A stretch of DNA of 64,000 bases from a virus (Duplodnaviria; Caudoviricetes): positions 1-64,000 of IMG/VR virus record IMGVR_UViG_3300028048_000040, one strand, 5' to 3'. A program made the position numbers and the translations under genes. Shown in pieces: positions 61,504 through 64,000 of the stretch (positions within the stretch are counted from its first letter, which is position 1; each line of letters starts with the position of its first letter). The notes under the pieces were generated by a model that worked only from the letters and a program-made list of their open reading frames with translations, was not told the origin of the DNA and did not search any database.

Positions 61504-62196
61504 ATGTTAGAAGTTTGTAAATCTCCATTGGAAGCAGAAGGTCAGAATTATATTTGGTTTGCCATTAATAAAAATGGTAAAAGTATTTATGAATATAATG
61601 ATAATTGGGATAAGAAAGATTTTACTAAAGACGTATATGAACCTAGATATTTCATGAATACTTTAGGATTGATTGGTAAAGGATCTCTTTATACAATGGA
61701 CTTAGATATTTTAAGTAAAGAAGATATTGAGTCTAATATGTTTGCTCATCATGCTATGTATGGAGAGAAAACAAGTTTAAATTTACCTAAAGTATTTTTA
61801 GCTCATGCTACTTATCCAGTAGAAGTATTTTCTTTATCTACTCCTAATATGACTATTTCTAATCCTAAAGATGATATCTTTGTAAGAAAGTATGTTCATT
61901 GTGATCTTAAAGTAGTAAAAAATAAAGAAAGTACAGCTCATTCAATGATTGACTATTATGCTTTAGGATATTCTAATCATATAGAAATGAATGGGGCTAC
62001 TATTAGATATGCACTGATGCTATGTATTCCTAATGATGATGACAGAGATCCTTTCTATAAGATTCAACTTACTTCTACTAAAGATATTAATGTAGATTTG
62101 TATGCTACTCCACATATATTCTGTATTACAGATCCTCATAAGACTATAGAACTTAAAGCACATCAGAGATCTGAATTTGATTATCGTTTAGGATAA
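61504..62196 (+). CDS. hypothetical protein, paralog of 50009
   Basis: Shared motifs with 50009. Confidence 0.7.
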   Translation: MLEVCKSPLEAEGQNYIWFAINKNGKSIYEYNDNWDKKDFTKDVYEPRYFMNTLGLIGKGSLYTMDLDILSKEDIESNMFAHHAMYGEKTSLNLPKVFLAHATYPVEVFSLSTPNMTISNPKDDIFVRKYVHCDLKVVKNKESTAHSMIDYYALGYSNHIEMNGATIRYALMLCIPNDDDRDPFYKIQLTSTKDINVDLYATPHIFCITDPHKTIELKAHQRSEFDYRLG

Positions 62197-62514
62197 AAAA
62201 TAAGAGAGGTTTGAGTGGATAGATATAAATTTTGTCTACCGAACCTCTCTTGATTAAGCATCATCCTCCATTTCTTGACAAAGTTTGTCATAAATGTAAT
62301 TATCAATAGTCCAGCTTATAGTGCTATCCACAACACTATGAGGATCTAATGATACTTGAAACAACACCAACCCCTTCTCCACTATGTTATGCTGGGAAAT
62401 TTCGTTATGCACTACCTCGTTAATCGTAGCATTACTCAATTTTTAACTTAGTTTACGATAAATAACACGCTTCTAATATCATCATAAATATTTCCCCTTT
62501 ATCTATCCACTCAT
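62195..62514 (-). other. early transcription unit bounded by a 14-bp inverted repeat, no intact SD-led ORF
   Basis: Promoter 62519-62526; inverted repeat 62212-62225 / 62500-62513; terminator stem 62202-62211 / 62242-62251. Confidence 0.45.
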
Positions 62515-62563
62515 ATAAATAGTATATGTTTATTTTTTCTTTTACTCAATTTGAGGTGATATA

Positions 62564-63196
62564 ATGGAACAACAAGATACCAGTTATATCGGGAAATTTG
62601 TCAAAGCACATGCAATTGATTTAGTCTTTCTACTAATCTTACTAATAGTATTATACTTCTTATATCAAATGAAATTAGATAATGATAAACTAAGACAAGA
62701 ATTATCTACTAAACCAGTAGTAATGACTCCTCAACAAGCTACCGACTCAAATTATCTAAGAAATAAATTAGATATGGAGAAGAAAGATGCTGAGAAAACT
62801 ACAGTAATCATAGAAAAGGCCCAACAAGGGCAAATACAACCACAGGGTACTGTAGTAGTACAGGCACCCTCTGTTGAGAAGGCTGTAGAGCGGGTTTATG
62901 AAAAAATAGAGAAAAAGGATCCAACTATGGCTCCAGAAGCCCTAGAGAAATCTGACAAAACGATAGTTGCTCCACAACCAGAAAATGAAGATTATAAAGT
63001 AGGAGTTTATAAGATAGATTTACAAAAGAAAAACTCTATTGGTATAGGTGTTGGACAACATGACGGAAAAACATATATTCCAGTATCATATGAAAGAATG
63101 TATGCTAGAAATAAAGCAATAGAAATACAGATTAACTATGATATGAATGATAGAAAAGTAGCTGGTGGACAAGTAATGCACAAATGGTTCTTCTGA
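62564..63196 (+). CDS. membrane-anchored protein (possible Rz/spanin-like)
   Basis: N-terminal TM, coiled coil, and C-terminal beta-strands ending WFF. Confidence 0.55.
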   Translation: MEQQDTSYIGKFVKAHAIDLVFLLILLIVLYFLYQMKLDNDKLRQELSTKPVVMTPQQATDSNYLRNKLDMEKKDAEKTTVIIEKAQQGQIQPQGTVVVQAPSVEKAVERVYEKIEKKDPTMAPEALEKSDKTIVAPQPENEDYKVGVYKIDLQKKNSIGIGVGQHDGKTYIPVSYERMYARNKAIEIQINYDMNDRKVAGGQVMHKWFF

Positions 63197-63238
63197 CAAA
63201 GTATATCCCTGATGGTCTAAGACCATCAGGGTGAATTA

Positions 63239-63574
63239 TCATTTATCATATATCTTAATCAAACCTATCTTTGTAACAACATAGTGAATGGCTTTTCTAG
63301 TTTCTAAATTCTTATTGGTTTCTATAGTAATCTTATTACCATTAACAGAAGCACAATAAATATATCTAGGATACTCTTGTTCTAGATATACATTAAAGTT
63401 TCCTTCATGATCTTTATACACTTCTACTTCTTTAGTAAAAGTAGTTTGAGATTTTACATCATATCTAGTTAAAGTTACATGTAAAGTATCTTCTTCTTCA
63501 ATCTTCTTAGATAGATAGATATAGAATACAGATATAATTCCTATAGCTAACATAAGTACTACTATCCCACTCAT
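63239..63574 (-). CDS. hypothetical membrane-anchored protein
   Basis: N-terminal TM helix. Confidence 0.65.
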   Translation of the reverse strand: MSGIVVLMLAIGIISVFYIYLSKKIEEEDTLHVTLTRYDVKSQTTFTKEVEVYKDHEGNFNVYLEQEYPRYIYCASVNGNKITIETNKNLETRKAIHYVVTKIGLIKIYDK

Positions 63575-63975
63575 TCTATAACCTCCTCACAATAACCATC
63601 TTCAGTGGTATAAAATATCTTTTTGATTCCATATTTTTTTATCACCTCCATACAAGCATTGCAAGGTCTACAAGGAGCTAGTTTACCCCTCTTATCTTCT
63701 CTATACACATAAATACATGCTCCAGATAAGTTCTCTTTGTCTGCATTGATTATTGCCCTCATCTCAGCATGTAGGTAATGATGGTATTCAGGTTGACAGT
63801 TAAATCTAAGAGAGTTATATTTCTTTTGCATAGGATGAGATTTCTTAACATTGACTCCAGCTGATAAGATTTCTTTCTTATAGACTATAATACAACCAAT
63901 TCTGATTCTGTCAAATGTAGAAGTCTTAGATACTGCTTTAGCTATCTTAAAGTAATGAAAATCTCTCTTAACCAT
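63571..63975 (-). CDS. cytidine/dCMP deaminase family protein
   Basis: HAE...PC..C zinc motif (HAEM, RPCNAC). Confidence 0.85.
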   Translation of the reverse strand: MVKRDFHYFKIAKAVSKTSTFDRIRIGCIIVYKKEILSAGVNVKKSHPMQKKYNSLRFNCQPEYHHYLHAEMRAIINADKENLSGACIYVYREDKRGKLAPCRPCNACMEVIKKYGIKKIFYTTEDGYCEEVIE

Positions 63976-64000
63976 AATAATACCTCCCTTATAGAAAAGT

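Noticed and set aside
1-64000. Stop-codon reassignment
   Set aside because: Standard-code ORFs tile the window densely and conserved genes are uninterrupted.
1-64000. tRNA/rRNA genes, integrase, transposase, nuclear shell or PhuZ genes
   Set aside because: None is recognisable by eye; absence from this window says nothing about the rest of the genome.

Overview
This is an AT-rich, gene-dense segment of a jumbo myophage genome of the AR9/PBS1/phiKZ type, which encodes its own multisubunit RNA polymerases. The host is probably a Firmicute, possibly diderm Negativicutes (inference). Core genes are the tail sheath, tail tube, portal, a neck-like protein, an SF2 helicase, an RNAP beta' C-terminal subunit, a probable separately encoded beta' extreme C-terminal piece, and a family B DNA polymerase split into two convergent genes 8 kb apart. 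There is also a cassette-like cluster of small early genes bounded by identical terminators, holin-like genes, and a Zn deaminase. A ~26 kb modular virion fibre/decoration locus (LamG, Ig-like, beta-propeller, DNRLRE and C-type-lectin-like domains) is built from several paralogous families. Two phage promoter motifs can be read from the sequence: early-type TATA(T/C)TAT-N4-RTG and late-type NACA-N6-TA. These motifs expose several ORF-less promoter-to-terminator units, which are the most novel-looking signal. One is a ~270 nt structured RNA closed by an 18-bp stem whose G-U pairs fix the strand. Three are short late RNAs carrying anti-Shine-Dalgarno-like motifs, and two are early RNAs whose 5' ends can pair with the terminator loop. 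All product calls come from motif recognition; no searches were run.
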